A stretch of DNA of 60,142 bases from an uncultured Acidimicrobiales bacterium (GTDB lineage: Bacteria > Actinomycetota > Acidimicrobiia > Acidimicrobiales > UBA10347). The notes under the pieces are model-generated. The model was not told where the DNA came from and did no database searches. It saw only the letters and a program-made list of their open reading frames with translations. This document shows positions 1 to 10,319 of this stretch, piece by piece. The DNA lies in contig CALSSD010000013.1 of assembly GCA_943788915.1 (NCBI GenBank), forward strand, positions 310,001 through 370,142. The letters run 5' to 3'. Each line of letters begins with the position of its first letter. Positions within the stretch are counted from its first letter, which is position 1. Made by a program: the position numbers and the translations under genes.

Positions 1-46
1 GCTTCGGGCCGCTGGTTTTCTTCCATAGGCGAAATCTAGTTGGCGA

Positions 47-952
47 CTACCCGATCCAGAGTCCGGCGGTCAGCAGAATGCCGTACACCAGTTGCGTTTT
101 GCCCGTCGCTTCGAGGACAGGGATCAGATCGCGGCCCATCGCTCCAGCATGTACAGGCTGGATCGCCCGAACCGCAAGCGGCAGAGCAGCCAAGGCAAGT
201 AGCGCCCACGGCCGATCGATGGCAACGAGTGCAGCGACCACAAACGGAAGTACGAGGAACGCAACAAACAACCATCGCGTCCGGGCATCGCCAAGCCGGA
301 CGGCCAACGTGATCTTGCCGGTTGCGCTGTCTGTCGGGATATCACGCAGATTGTTCGTGACCAACAACGCAGTCGACAGGCAACCAACGGCGACAGCGAC
401 AAGCCATGCCATGCCTGACCACCCACCGGGCTGCATATAGGCAGAACCGACCGTGGCCACCAGTCCAAAGAAGACAAACACAAACAGTTCACCCAGGCCC
501 ATATAGCCGTACGGGTTCTTGCCGCCGGTATAGAACCAGCCCGCCAGAATCGAAGCCAACCCCACACCGATGAGTTCCGGTCCCACAGCCATCGTGAGCG
601 CCAGGCCGGCAGCCGCAGCCACACCAAACGAGGCGAACGCCGCCTGCTTCACCTTTTTCGCATCGACAATGCCGGAGCCGACAAGCCGCAGCGGGCCCGC
701 TCGGTCATCGTCGGTGCCGCGAATGCCGTCGCTGTAGTCGTTGGCGTAGTTCGTTGCGATCTGCAGTGCAAGAGCTACCACCAGGGCAAACGCTGCACGC
801 CACCAGATGATGCCACCGTCCCACCCAAGAGCTGGATCGACCGCCGCAGCAGTACCGACCGCCACTGGCACCACCGCTGCTGGCAGCGTCTTCGGTCGGG
901 CGCCAGCAATCCAAAGAGACGCACCCTGAGGCACTGCGGGCGGGTTCACCAC
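47..952 (-). CDS. menA: 1,4-dihydroxy-2-naphthoate polyprenyltransferase (UbiA family)
   Basis: GARPKTLPAA N-terminus, NYANDYSDGIRGTD and NNLRDIPTD Asp-rich motifs, GKITLAVRLG, several hydrophobic helices. Confidence 0.93.
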   Translation of the reverse strand: MVNPPAVPQGASLWIAGARPKTLPAAVVPVAVGTAAAVDPALGWDGGIIWWRAAFALVVALALQIATNYANDYSDGIRGTDDDRAGPLRLVGSGIVDAKKVKQAAFASFGVAAAAGLALTMAVGPELIGVGLASILAGWFYTGGKNPYGYMGLGELFVFVFFGLVATVGSAYMQPGGWSGMAWLVAVAVGCLSTALLVTNNLRDIPTDSATGKITLAVRLGDARTRWLFVAFLVLPFVVAALVAIDRPWALLALAALPLAVRAIQPVHAGAMGRDLIPVLEATGKTQLVYGILLTAGLWIG

Positions 953-1545
953 TGGCCTCGGTGAACAATGTCGCTCACGCTTGGTCGGCCACGGCGTGCA
1001 GATTTGCTCATGCGGTCAGTATTGCTTGGCCAGCCAATGGCTACCGCACCAATTGGGCGAACAGCTGCAGGAATGCCAAGTGCATCACACACGACAGGCT
1101 CGTGGTCAAACACGCCAAAAAACAATGCCCCGAGTCCTGCATCGGTTGCGGCGTGCAGCAAGGTCATGGTTGCCATTGCGGTGTCGACATGCCAATACGG
1201 GATGCTCCAAGCATCAGCCCCGTCCCCGAGGCCGGTTCGGCGCTTGTCCGGCTCGCTGTAGCGAGTGACATAGGCGGCCGCATCGCCACACGGCAACACA
1301 ATCACCGGAGCGTGCAGCAGACCTGGCCACGGGAAGGTCTCCCGTTTTTCAGACTCGAGCGTGAGATCCCAATATCGGGCGACCTGCTCTCCTTCGAGCA
1401 CTACGAAGTGTGTTCCCCAGGTATTACCCGCCGAGGGTCCCTTCGTTGCAAGCTCAAGGAGCCCATCGATGATGGCAGGCTCGACCGGGTCGGGTAGATA
1501 GTTACGCACCATCCGCCGGGAGCGCACCACCTGTTCAAACTCCAC
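946..1545 (-). CDS. Nitroreductase family protein
   Basis: VVRSRRMVRNY, PSAGNT, LLHAATDAGLGALFFG, IGAVAIGWP. Start moved to GTG 1545 because the ORF-track extension runs through a tandem repeat and the upstream gene. Confidence 0.88.
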   Translation of the reverse strand: MEFEQVVRSRRMVRNYLPDPVEPAIIDGLLELATKGPSAGNTWGTHFVVLEGEQVARYWDLTLESEKRETFPWPGLLHAPVIVLPCGDAAAYVTRYSEPDKRRTGLGDGADAWSIPYWHVDTAMATMTLLHAATDAGLGALFFGVFDHEPVVCDALGIPAAVRPIGAVAIGWPSNTDRMSKSARRGRPSVSDIVHRGQW

Positions 1546-1558
1546 GAGGGACCAACGT

Positions 1559-1630
1559 ACCGACGAGGTTTGGGTTACCAACGAAGTTTCGGTAACCAAC
1601 GAAGTTTGGCTTACCGACCAAGTTTGGCGA
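1559..1630. repeat. Four degenerate 18-bp tandem units
   Basis: accgacgaggtttgggtt / accaacgaagtttcggta / accaacgaagtttggctt / accgaccaagtttggcga. Confidence 0.8.
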
Positions 1631-2282
1631 GACGTTCCGGCGCGACCCACCCGTGACAGACGAGTGTGTCGCCATTGCTGGCATCGTGGTCATCGAACAA
1701 GGCTACGATGTCTGCGGGGATCTTCTCCGGAGTCGTTGATGTGTAGTCGAGCACCGATGCTTGCGAACCATCGCCTCGGACCTTGAAGGACCGGTCCTCG
1801 TAGCGGCTTGCGCCAATGCCGAATCGTTTGGCCAACCGTCGACCCCAGGCACGTTCTTCGCCATTCGGCTTGTAGTCCGGTCGTGGGATGTGATCGGCCA
1901 AATGTTTGTACGCATCGAACCCGGACGGATCATTGAACTGTGCACCGAAAAGAACATCTTCGTCGGGGAACGCCATGAGTGCCCGATGGAACAGCTCGTT
2001 CATCAATGCATTGAGCACCGTCGAGCGGCGATTGTTTGCGACCGTCGAGCCAAGCCCTACCAGCACAGCTGGTGTGCCGCCGACACGTTCGAGTGTGGAG
2101 AAGGCATACCCACGCAACTTGCCGTTCTCGCGGGCCGTGGTGCAGAGAACCCACATTTCCGTCTGCTTCGACAACAAGCCGATCGAGAATGGATTCGGGC
2201 CTTCGGCACAAAGTTCAGACATCTCCTCAAGCTCTGCATCGGTGACCGCTGTGCAGTCCTGTGTCGTTACTTCCAATGCCAT
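1611..2282 (-). CDS. Hypothetical protein, possibly GNAT-fold
   Basis: Open ORF from ATG 2282 downstream of dnaE. The GKLRGYAF...LVGLG...RRSTVLNALM pattern is reminiscent of GNAT motif A. Confidence 0.6.
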   Translation of the reverse strand: MALEVTTQDCTAVTDAELEEMSELCAEGPNPFSIGLLSKQTEMWVLCTTARENGKLRGYAFSTLERVGGTPAVLVGLGSTVANNRRSTVLNALMNELFHRALMAFPDEDVLFGAQFNDPSGFDAYKHLADHIPRPDYKPNGEERAWGRRLAKRFGIGASRYEDRSFKVRGDGSQASVLDYTSTTPEKIPADIVALFDDHDASNGDTLVCHGWVAPERLAKLGR

Positions 2283-2389
2283 TTCGTGAGCCCCCACGAG
2301 ATTTATAAGCCGCTACTCCGCCCTCTAGTCCAGTCGTTGGAGGAGCGCATTTGCAAATTTTGGTGCGTGTCGTGCGTGACACAGCCGAT

Positions 2390-5300
2390 TTAGAGCGTGA
2401 ATGCTCCTGCCCCGAGGAGCACCCGGAGTTCACCCATGAGCGGTGACGCGGGGTCGACGCCATACTTCTGCGACAACCGCACCATCTTCTTCTTGCCGAG
2501 GTCTTCGAACTCGATAAGTACATCGGAGTCACCAGGGTGACGCAAGATGACTGCTTTAAGAGCATCGAGTTTCGGTTGTTCAAGCGCCGAGGCACCGAGC
2601 TTGACCGTGACCGCACCGTTGCGTTGCCGGGCCTCGAAGACCTCGATCTCGTTGCAGATCATCTGCCGTTCGTCGTCGTTGGCCTTCACTCGACCCTTGA
2701 CCACAACAACGGCGTCGTCTCGCAACATGTGGCCGAACTTGAGCATGGAGCGGGGAAACACCATGACCTCAATCGACCCTTCGAGATCTTCCAGCTCGAA
2801 AACGGCCATCAGATCCTGTTTGCGGGTGTATTTGCGCTGCAGGTTGGTGACCACGCCACCAACGGCACGGAACTCACCGTCGCCGAGCTCCTTGAGTTCC
2901 GGGACGGTGCAGTCGCTTTTTCGGCGCAGAGCGTCTTCGATACCGGCCAGCGGATGATCGCTGATGTACAGACCGAGCATTTCTTTCTCGAAGCGCAGCT
3001 TTTCGGTCTTCTCGAACTCCATGTCGGGAATCTTGGGACGTTCGTCGAAGGTTTCTTCTTCGCTAAGTTCGCCAAACAACGTCTGAATGCCCATGTCGCG
3101 TTCACGGCGACGGCTTAGCGTGAGATCGATGATCTGTTCGAAGACCTGCAGCATCCCCTTGCGGCCATAACCCATCTCATCGAAACCGCCAGCCTTGATG
3201 AGCGCTTCGATGGTGCGCTTGTTCAGCACCGTGGGGTCGACTCGCTCGCAGAAGTCGATGAAGTCTTCGAACGGTCCGTTGGCCTCGCGCTCTTCGACAA
3301 GCAAACCAACCAGGCCCTCGCCCACGCCACGCACCGCCGAGAGTCCGAACACGATGGAGTCAGGTAGCCCGTGTGCGTCGCGGCCCGCGGCGGTGAAGTC
3401 GCTTTCGGCCAGGTTCACGTTTGGCACCAGGACGGGAACGCCCATGACCCGGCATTCGTGCAGGTAACCCGCCGCTTTGTCGAGGCTGCCCTTAACGCTC
3501 GTGAGCAACGAGGCCATGTACTCGACCGGGTAGTTCGCCTTGAGGAAGGCGATCTGGAACGCCACGAAGCCGTAGCCGTAGCTGTGGCTCTTGTTGAACG
3601 CGTAGTCGGCGAACGGTTCGATCTGCTCCCACCATTTTTCGCCGACTTCTTCGCCGTAACCGGTGTTGACACAACCCTGGACAAAGCCGACCTTTTCTTT
3701 GGCCATGACCTCGCGAATTTTCTTACCGCAGGCCTTGCGCAGATTGTCGGCTTCGGACAGCGTGTAGCCCGCAAACTTTTGCGCAATACGCATCATGGAC
3801 TCTTGGTAAATCATGAGTCCGTAAGTGCCGCTCAGCATGTCAGACGCGTCGTCGTGCAGGAGCGTGACTTCTTGTCGACCGTTTTTACGGTCGGCGTAGT
3901 CGTTGTGCATGTTCATGGCCATCGGGCCAGGTCGATACAGCGCTACCAGTGCGGCCACGTCATCGAAACAATCAGGCGCCAGCGAGCGAATCAGGGCTCG
4001 CATGGGTGAGCTCTCGAGCTGAAACACACCAATGGTGTCGCCCCGCTGGAGTAGCTCATAGGTCTTGGCGTCTTCGAGGTCGACATTGTCGATATCCACG
4101 ACGATGCCCTGGGTCTTCATGATCATGGCCAGCGCATCGCTGATCACGTCGAGATTTCGCAGGCCCAGGAAGTCGAGCTTGAGCAGACCCAGATCCTCTA
4201 CGGGACCCATTTCGTACTGGGTCACCACCGGGGCGTCGGCCGGGTCCTGTCCGGACTCGGGCTTGCGCTGAATCGGCAGGTATTCGGTCAGTGGTTCGTC
4301 GGTAACTACCACTGCGGCGGCATGAATGCCGTCGCCGCGGCGCAGACCTTCGAGGCCGAGTGCCACGTCGATAACTTCACGGGCCTCGGGATCTGCTGCA
4401 TGCAACTCGCGTAGATCCTTGGCCATGCCGTAGCCGTCTTCGTACTTGGGGTGTTTTTCGAGACATGCGTAGAGCGGCGTGTCACGGCCCATGACCAGCG
4501 GCGGCATCATCTTGGCGATGCGATCGCCAACGATGTACGGGTGGCCAAGCACACGAGCGGCGTCGCGGACCGCGGCTCGTGCTTTGATGGTCGAGAAGGT
4601 CACGATCTGGGCGACATGTTCATTACCGTACAAGTCGGCCATGTACCGGATCATTTCGTCGCGATAACGCGTGTCAAAGTCCATGTCGATATCGGGCATT
4701 GACCGGCGGCCAGGGTTCAAGAACCGCTCGAACAGCAAGTCGTACTTGATGGGGTCGAGGTCGGTAATGCGCAAGCAATACGACACCGCACAACCAGCAG
4801 CAGAACCACGGCCGGGGCCAACGCGAATGTTCCTCTTACGGGCGTGGTCGATCAGGTCACCCGTGATCAAGAAGTACGACGAGAAGCCCATGTCGTTAAT
4901 GACTTTGAGTTCAAAGGCCAGGCGCTCGACCGTCTCATCGGTCAGCTTCTCTCCCCATCGCTTGTGCGCTCCTTCGAAGGTCAGGTGCTCGAGGTATTCG
5001 TAGTCGGTGTCGAAACCTTCCGGCAACGGGAACTTGGGAAGCTTCGGCTCGCCCATCTCGATCTCGACGTTGCAGCGTTCGGCGATCCACAACGTGTTGT
5101 CGCACGCACTTGGAACCTCGCGGAACAGATCCCGCATCTCGGCTGACGACTTTACGTAGTGGTCGTTGCCTTCGAACTTGAACCGGTCGGGATCGCTCAT
5201 GAGCGATGCGGTCTGCACACACAACAGAGCGTCGTGGGCCTGGTGATCGTGGGCGTGGGTGTAGTGGGTGTCGTTGGTCGCTACCAGTGGCGCACCCAGG

Positions 5301-5926
5301 TAGTTCGCAATCTCGATCAACTGGGGGTTCGTCTGGCGCTGCGCTGCAATGCCGTGATCCTGGATCTCAACAAACATATTGTCGCGGCCGAAGATGTCTT
5401 GCAGCTTGCCTGCTTTACGGCGGGCGCCTGCTTCGTCGCCGTTGAGCAACGACTGCAATACGTGTCCGCCCAGACAGCCGGTGGTAGCGATAACACCTTC
5501 GCTGTGCTGGTTCAGTAGATCCCAGTCGACCCGGGGTTTGTAGTAATACCCCTCGAGGTAGGCCCGGCTCGAGAGCTGGATCAGGTTCTTGTAGCCCTTT
5601 TGGTTCTCAGCCAGCAGGCACAGGTGGTAATACAACTTGCCAGAATCGGTCTCACCGCCCGAGTCGTCGAGCCGGCCGCGACGCTTTGGGCGCTCGCTGC
5701 GATGGTCGTGGGCCATGTAGGCCTCGGTGCCGATAATCGGCTTGACCCCCGCACCTTTACACGCCTGGTAGAAGTCCAAAACGCCATACATGTTGCCGTG
5801 GTCGGTCATCGCCATCGCTGGTTGACCGTCGGCAGCTGCCGCTGCGGCTAGTTCGCCGACACGCGATGCCCCGTCGAGCATCGAGAACTCGGTGTGCACA
5901 TGAAGATGTGTGAACGAACCAGCCAT
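2390..5926 (-). CDS. dnaE: DNA polymerase III alpha subunit
   Basis: PHP motif HLHVHTEFSMLDG, GPGRGSAAG, PDIDMDF, YAFNKSH, C-terminal OB fold; 1178 aa with no visible intein. Confidence 0.98.
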   Translation of the reverse strand: MAGSFTHLHVHTEFSMLDGASRVGELAAAAAADGQPAMAMTDHGNMYGVLDFYQACKGAGVKPIIGTEAYMAHDHRSERPKRRGRLDDSGGETDSGKLYYHLCLLAENQKGYKNLIQLSSRAYLEGYYYKPRVDWDLLNQHSEGVIATTGCLGGHVLQSLLNGDEAGARRKAGKLQDIFGRDNMFVEIQDHGIAAQRQTNPQLIEIANYLGAPLVATNDTHYTHAHDHQAHDALLCVQTASLMSDPDRFKFEGNDHYVKSSAEMRDLFREVPSACDNTLWIAERCNVEIEMGEPKLPKFPLPEGFDTDYEYLEHLTFEGAHKRWGEKLTDETVERLAFELKVINDMGFSSYFLITGDLIDHARKRNIRVGPGRGSAAGCAVSYCLRITDLDPIKYDLLFERFLNPGRRSMPDIDMDFDTRYRDEMIRYMADLYGNEHVAQIVTFSTIKARAAVRDAARVLGHPYIVGDRIAKMMPPLVMGRDTPLYACLEKHPKYEDGYGMAKDLRELHAADPEAREVIDVALGLEGLRRGDGIHAAAVVVTDEPLTEYLPIQRKPESGQDPADAPVVTQYEMGPVEDLGLLKLDFLGLRNLDVISDALAMIMKTQGIVVDIDNVDLEDAKTYELLQRGDTIGVFQLESSPMRALIRSLAPDCFDDVAALVALYRPGPMAMNMHNDYADRKNGRQEVTLLHDDASDMLSGTYGLMIYQESMMRIAQKFAGYTLSEADNLRKACGKKIREVMAKEKVGFVQGCVNTGYGEEVGEKWWEQIEPFADYAFNKSHSYGYGFVAFQIAFLKANYPVEYMASLLTSVKGSLDKAAGYLHECRVMGVPVLVPNVNLAESDFTAAGRDAHGLPDSIVFGLSAVRGVGEGLVGLLVEEREANGPFEDFIDFCERVDPTVLNKRTIEALIKAGGFDEMGYGRKGMLQVFEQIIDLTLSRRRERDMGIQTLFGELSEEETFDERPKIPDMEFEKTEKLRFEKEMLGLYISDHPLAGIEDALRRKSDCTVPELKELGDGEFRAVGGVVTNLQRKYTRKQDLMAVFELEDLEGSIEVMVFPRSMLKFGHMLRDDAVVVVKGRVKANDDERQMICNEIEVFEARQRNGAVTVKLGASALEQPKLDALKAVILRHPGDSDVLIEFEDLGKKKMVRLSQKYGVDPASPLMGELRVLLGAGAFTL

Positions 5927-6048
5927 GAGACCCCTACAACGATCGGCAAAACCCCAGAGTTACAAGCCTGTAATTCCGGACCTCCGAACCTATCGCAGTT
6001 ATCCGCAAATTTCCATCGCCGTGGTGGGGACCCGGTAGAGACAGTGCG

Positions 6049-6558
6049 CTACAGGTATTGGCCAGGGCCTTCTTGGGGCTGTCCAGCAGCCTGAGGTGCA
6101 CCCGCGGGGAGGCCGCCGCGAATAGACGCCAACTGCTGTTGGGCTGCCACCTGCTGGGCGAAGAGTGTGGCTTGAATACCCTGCACCAGGCCTTCGAGCC
6201 AACCAACGAGCTGGGCCTTGGCCACAGAGAGTTCAGCCTCGCTCGGGGTACCGACGTCGCTGAACGGACCACTGAGTCGAAGCAGCTCATCGTGGAGCTC
6301 TGGTGAGAGTGCACTGCTGAGTTCTGTGATCGATTGTTCGTAGATGTCGCGCATACGTTCACGGCTCGGCTCGTCGAGATCGATGTCGCGGACCTGCTCA
6401 AGAAGCTGGCGCATCATTGCGCCGACCCGCATGACCTTCGCTGGTTGTTCGATCTGCTCACCGCTGCTCGTGGGAGCTTCACCAGCGCCGCCCTGGTCCA
6501 CAAGCTCGGCCTTTTCGACCTGAGTTTCGATGGTTGCGTCGTCGTTCGTGTCACTCAT
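6049..6558 (-). CDS. bpa: Bacterial proteasome activator (Bpa/PafE)
   Basis: EQPAKVMRVG, AQLVGWLEGL, and the C-terminal GQYL (HbYX) motif. Confidence 0.93.
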   Translation of the reverse strand: MSDTNDDATIETQVEKAELVDQGGAGEAPTSSGEQIEQPAKVMRVGAMMRQLLEQVRDIDLDEPSRERMRDIYEQSITELSSALSPELHDELLRLSGPFSDVGTPSEAELSVAKAQLVGWLEGLVQGIQATLFAQQVAAQQQLASIRGGLPAGAPQAAGQPQEGPGQYL

Positions 6559-6604
6559 AGCACCGCCCACCCTAGTGTCGTGTTCTGGTACTACGGGCCG
6601 GCGT

Positions 6605-7732
6605 CTACGGACACAGGAGCGGGACGTACATCTCGTCGGCGGTCAGTGACCCGTGACGCCCAATCAGAATGGAATCTGGCGCTGCTGGGTCGAGGAGTGC
6701 AACCGTGGACTTGGCGATGAGCGCAACGTCGCCGAGCCGGGTGCGAGCGTCGGGACTCACTCGTCCGCCGAGCAGCCGTTGTGCCACGACCTCGTCGACG
6801 GAAAGCACCCAGGCGTCGTCGCCATGTGCGGCATGGGCTGCTTCGAGCAGCAGTGCCTGAGACCCTGGATTCGCATGCAGCCACACAAACCTGGCCTCGC
6901 CGGAAATGGCATGTGTATGGCGCATGACCGACGCATCGATCGGAATGACATTATCGCCGGTGTGGACCTGGCCATGGTCGGCGGTCACGACAAGGGCGAC
7001 AGCCGGGTCCAGCTGTTCTCGAATGTCGCCAACGAGGCGGTCAACGAATGCGTATTCGGCATCGAATGCCGCGCCGTGACCCCGTTCATGGCCAACCCGG
7101 TCAAGACCGTCGTAGTAGGCGTAGACGAACCGTTCGCCGTCTGCGACGGCGGTACCGATCTCATGCACAAACGTCGACATCGTGCTGTACCCCCGGAACT
7201 GGGTGCCGGATAGATGGGCCATCGTGAAGCCGGAACGAGCGAATTCGCTCTTGGTGATCACGACTGGGTTCCGACCTCCGAAGGGCGACAGGACTTGTAG
7301 CTCCGACGGAATCACTCGTTCGCGGGCGTCGCCGTTCTCGGTGGACCATCGCAGCGCGTTGAGCGTCTCGCCCCCCGTGCGTATGCGGTAACCGACGATC
7401 CCATGATCCCCTGGGGGCGCTCCCGTAGCGATTGATGTCAGCGCTGCGGCTGTGGTCGTAGGCGCCACCGTGGTGATCGGCTGGCCTTCACTTGCCGCCA
7501 GCACCGGCGCGAGGTGTTGTCGGTCCGCTAGCTGATTCCAGCCCAACCCATCAATGACCAGCAACACGACTTGTTGCGCGTCGAGAACTCGTTCGGGGAT
7601 CCATCCCTCGCCCAACATTCGGTGTTCAAGGAGTGCCGGGATGATGTTCGAAACACATGCGCCCTGATAGTCAGGCACGGCCATCTGGCTAGCAATGAGC
7701 TCGACGGGTTTCATTGTGGCTCGTTCCATCAT
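6605..7732 (-). CDS. Alkaline phosphatase / nucleotide pyrophosphatase family protein
   Basis: LLVIDGLG, PTTTAAAL (Thr nucleophile), DRVGH, TADHG, GRHGS metal-binding motifs. Confidence 0.87.
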   Translation of the reverse strand: MMERATMKPVELIASQMAVPDYQGACVSNIIPALLEHRMLGEGWIPERVLDAQQVVLLVIDGLGWNQLADRQHLAPVLAASEGQPITTVAPTTTAAALTSIATGAPPGDHGIVGYRIRTGGETLNALRWSTENGDARERVIPSELQVLSPFGGRNPVVITKSEFARSGFTMAHLSGTQFRGYSTMSTFVHEIGTAVADGERFVYAYYDGLDRVGHERGHGAAFDAEYAFVDRLVGDIREQLDPAVALVVTADHGQVHTGDNVIPIDASVMRHTHAISGEARFVWLHANPGSQALLLEAAHAAHGDDAWVLSVDEVVAQRLLGGRVSPDARTRLGDVALIAKSTVALLDPAAPDSILIGRHGSLTADEMYVPLLCP

Positions 7733-7757
7733 CCACAGTCTGGCCTACGATGAGAGT

Positions 7758-8216
7758 GTGCGTGTGTCCACCCGCGGCGATTATGCCTGCAGAGCCCTTC
7801 TTTCAATGGCTATTCGCGACGACCGCTCCAAGCCAGTGTCGGTTCGAGACATCGCCGAACGCACGGCATTACCGCAGCCATACCTTGAACAGATCCTGCT
7901 GTCGCTAAAAGGTGCGGGCATCGTTCGGTCGAAACGAGGCGTTGGCGGCGGCTACATGTTGAGTCGTGAGCCCGAAGACATTCGCCTCAGCGCTGTCGTC
8001 AGCGCTGTCGATGGGCCAATTGTTGCTGGCGACTTCGGCCAACCACATACCGATGGAGCATGTGACCACGAAGGCCAATGTGTGCTGCTTGCGGTATGGG
8101 GCCATGTTGGCGAACAGATGCGTGAACTGCTCGATTCATTCACGCTGGCCGATGTAGCCGAGATGGCCAACGGCGATAGAACGTGGCCACCTACCATTGG
8201 TGCAGTAACGAGCTGA
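7758..8216 (+). CDS. Rrf2-family transcriptional regulator
   Basis: STRGDYA, YLEQILLSLKGAGIVRSKRGVGGGY wHTH motif; GTG start 6 nt after a TACGAT -10. Confidence 0.92.
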   Translation: MRVSTRGDYACRALLSMAIRDDRSKPVSVRDIAERTALPQPYLEQILLSLKGAGIVRSKRGVGGGYMLSREPEDIRLSAVVSAVDGPIVAGDFGQPHTDGACDHEGQCVLLAVWGHVGEQMRELLDSFTLADVAEMANGDRTWPPTIGAVTS

Positions 8217-8288
8217 GAACACAACCAGCCCGGCCCAGAACCGACCCTGCCCAGCCAAGTTTGGCTCTACGCCAGAGGTGGACGGCCG

Positions 8289-9203
8289 TTAGCTGAACCG
8301 TTGCGCGAGCAACTCTGCAAGGTCCGCAGGAATCGGCGCCTCAAACACCATGGCTTCGCCGGTGATGGGGTGCTCGAAGCCGAGTCGTTCAGCGTGCAAG
8401 GCAACTCGGCTAAAGCCGTCCTTGCTGTTGCGGTCGCCGTAGGTCGGATCACCAAGAACTGGGTGGCCAATCGCCGACAGATGTACACGGATCTGGTGGG
8501 TGCGTCCGGTCTCGAGTTGGCAACGCAGATAACTCACGGCCGGAGGGTCGTAGGTGCGGTTACGCACCTCGTAGTGGGTCCGTGCGTGCCGTCCATCGGC
8601 CAGCACCGCCATGCGGGTACGGCGTTGGGTTGAGCGGCCAATCGGTGCATCGATGACGCCACGGTCATCGTCGACGATCCCGAGTACGACGGCGGCATAC
8701 ACCCGTTCGACCTCGTGTTGCGCCATTGCTGCGGTCAGAACGTCGTAGGCCTCGGTCGTGCGGGCGACAACGAGCAGACCACTAGTTTCGCCGTCGAGTC
8801 GATGCACGATGCCGGGGCGACCGTCTTGGCCCACTCCATCGATTTCGGGGAACCGGGCTAGCAGGCCGTTTACCAGCGTCTTATCCGGACGTCCGGCGCC
8901 TGGATGCACGATCAGCCCAGCTGGCTTGTTCACCACGATGACGTGTTCGTCGGAGTACACAACTTCGAACTCGACCTCGAGGTCGGCTTCGAGCACAACG
9001 ACTTCGACAACGGTCGGAGCGAAGACAATGTGTTGTCCGGCAGTCACTCGTATCGATCGTTGTGTTACCGGATCACCATCGATGGCCACCTTGCCATCAG
9101 CGATGAGAGCAGCAGCGACCGAACGCGAACACCCATCGAGCATGGCAACAACCCTGTCAAGTCGTTCGCCATCGAGCGCGTCGGGAAGAATCTCGTCAAT
9201 CAT
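8289..9203 (-). CDS. rluD: RluA/RluD-family 23S rRNA pseudouridine synthase
   Basis: S4 domain [23 protein letters not shown] catalytic Asp, [14 protein letters not shown] overlap with lspA. Confidence 0.9.
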   Translation of the reverse strand: MIDEILPDALDGERLDRVVAMLDGCSRSVAAALIADGKVAIDGDPVTQRSIRVTAGQHIVFAPTVVEVVVLEADLEVEFEVVYSDEHVIVVNKPAGLIVHPGAGRPDKTLVNGLLARFPEIDGVGQDGRPGIVHRLDGETSGLLVVARTTEAYDVLTAAMAQHEVERVYAAVVLGIVDDDRGVIDAPIGRSTQRRTRMAVLADGRHARTHYEVRNRTYDPPAVSYLRCQLETGRTHQIRVHLSAIGHPVLGDPTYGDRNSKDGFSRVALHAERLGFEHPITGEAMVFEAPIPADLAELLAQRFS

Positions 9204-9727
9204 GCAGGTTCTCGGAAACTGAGCCACATCAGGCCCGTTGCGCCGCAGACCACGGCGATATCGGCCACATTAAAGATCGGCCACCATTGGAAATCGATGA
9301 AGTCGATGACTCCACCGCTCATAAAACCATCTTTGGCTCGAAAGATTCGGTCGATCACATTTCCGATAGCGCCGCCTGCGATCGCTCCGAAGAGCACCAC
9401 CATGCGACGGTCGGCAATCGTTCGGGCGTACCAAAGAACGCCACCAATCACAAACAGGATGAGGACGCCGAGCCATCGGCCGATGCCTGAACCGACCCCG
9501 AAAGCGGAACCGAAGTTTCGCGTCAGATTGAATCGAGCTGTCCAGAACAGGTCGATATTGCGATCGACGAGTGCTGATGCAGCCCAGATCTTGGTGATCT
9601 GATCAAGGACGAGAACGACAACGCCGACAGAAACAACGATCCGCATGTTGCCCCCAGGGGCGGTAGCTACCGGTGCGCCATCGACGTTTTGGTCAGCGTC
9701 GGAATCCGGCGACTTTGTATTCGACAC
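9200..9727 (-). CDS. lspA: Lipoprotein signal peptidase II
   Basis: [31 protein letters not shown]; start uncertain (GTG 9727 or ATG 9646). Confidence 0.93.
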   Translation of the reverse strand: MSNTKSPDSDADQNVDGAPVATAPGGNMRIVVSVGVVVLVLDQITKIWAASALVDRNIDLFWTARFNLTRNFGSAFGVGSGIGRWLGVLILFVIGGVLWYARTIADRRMVVLFGAIAGGAIGNVIDRIFRAKDGFMSGGVIDFIDFQWWPIFNVADIAVVCGATGLMWLSFREPA

Positions 9728-10232
9728 GTTCAGCAGCCCACGGAATAGCTTCGAGGCGTTCTTTCGGAATTGGCTTTCCGGACGTCACACAGATGCCGTA
9801 GGTACCCGCCTTAACTCGGGCTAAGGCTTCGTCAATTTCTTCGACAGCGGCCTCTGCGGCGCTACTCAACGCAAGGTCTCGTTGGCGTTCGACCTGCAGC
9901 GTGTCGCCGTCGCCGGACTCCTCGTCGAACTGAACATCGCCCGGCTCGCGGTCAACAAGCAAGCTGTCTGCCTCTTCTCGCCACGTTTTCGCGTTCTTCA
10001 TGTACTTCGCACGGACAGTAAGGAGCTCTGCCTCTTGTGCGTCGATGAATTTTTGCCCAAAGGGATTCTTGACTGGCTTTGGTGCCTTATCGGCAGACTT
10101 ACTCACAGTTGCCTTCTTTGCTGCTTTTCTTGCGGGATTAGGTTTTCGCGCGGGAGCATCTTTGGCCTCCGTCTTCTTCGAAGGGGCCTTCTTGGCCACT
10201 GCTTTTTTGGCCGGCTTCTTCTTGGCTGCCAT
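9693..10232 (-). CDS. DksA/TraR-family protein with Lys/Ala-rich N-terminus
   Basis: [41 protein letters not shown] upstream. Confidence 0.85.
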   Translation of the reverse strand: MAAKKKPAKKAVAKKAPSKKTEAKDAPARKPNPARKAAKKATVSKSADKAPKPVKNPFGQKFIDAQEAELLTVRAKYMKNAKTWREEADSLLVDREPGDVQFDEESGDGDTLQVERQRDLALSSAAEAAVEEIDEALARVKAGTYGICVTSGKPIPKERLEAIPWAAERVEYKVAGFRR

Positions 10233-10319
10233 CGGTACCCTCCGCTCTGCCTGAGCGGGCGGAGTATAGCAACAACAAATCCCGATCCATGGTCGGTATG
10301 TGGCGCTAGCCTCTCGCAG

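Noticed and set aside
2390..5926. Intein or split in dnaE; an imuABC mutasome involving dinB
   Set aside because: Length and motifs match an uninterrupted replicative DnaE, and no imuA or imuB is present.
10233..10319. T-box riboswitch upstream of ileS, common in Actinobacteria
   Set aside because: The gap to the divergent gene is only 87 bp, no T-box consensus is visible, and the start looks leaderless.
9882..10319. N-terminal extension of IleS in the ORF track
   Set aside because: It is antisense to the dksA-like gene, and recognisable IleRS sequence starts at GTG 10320.
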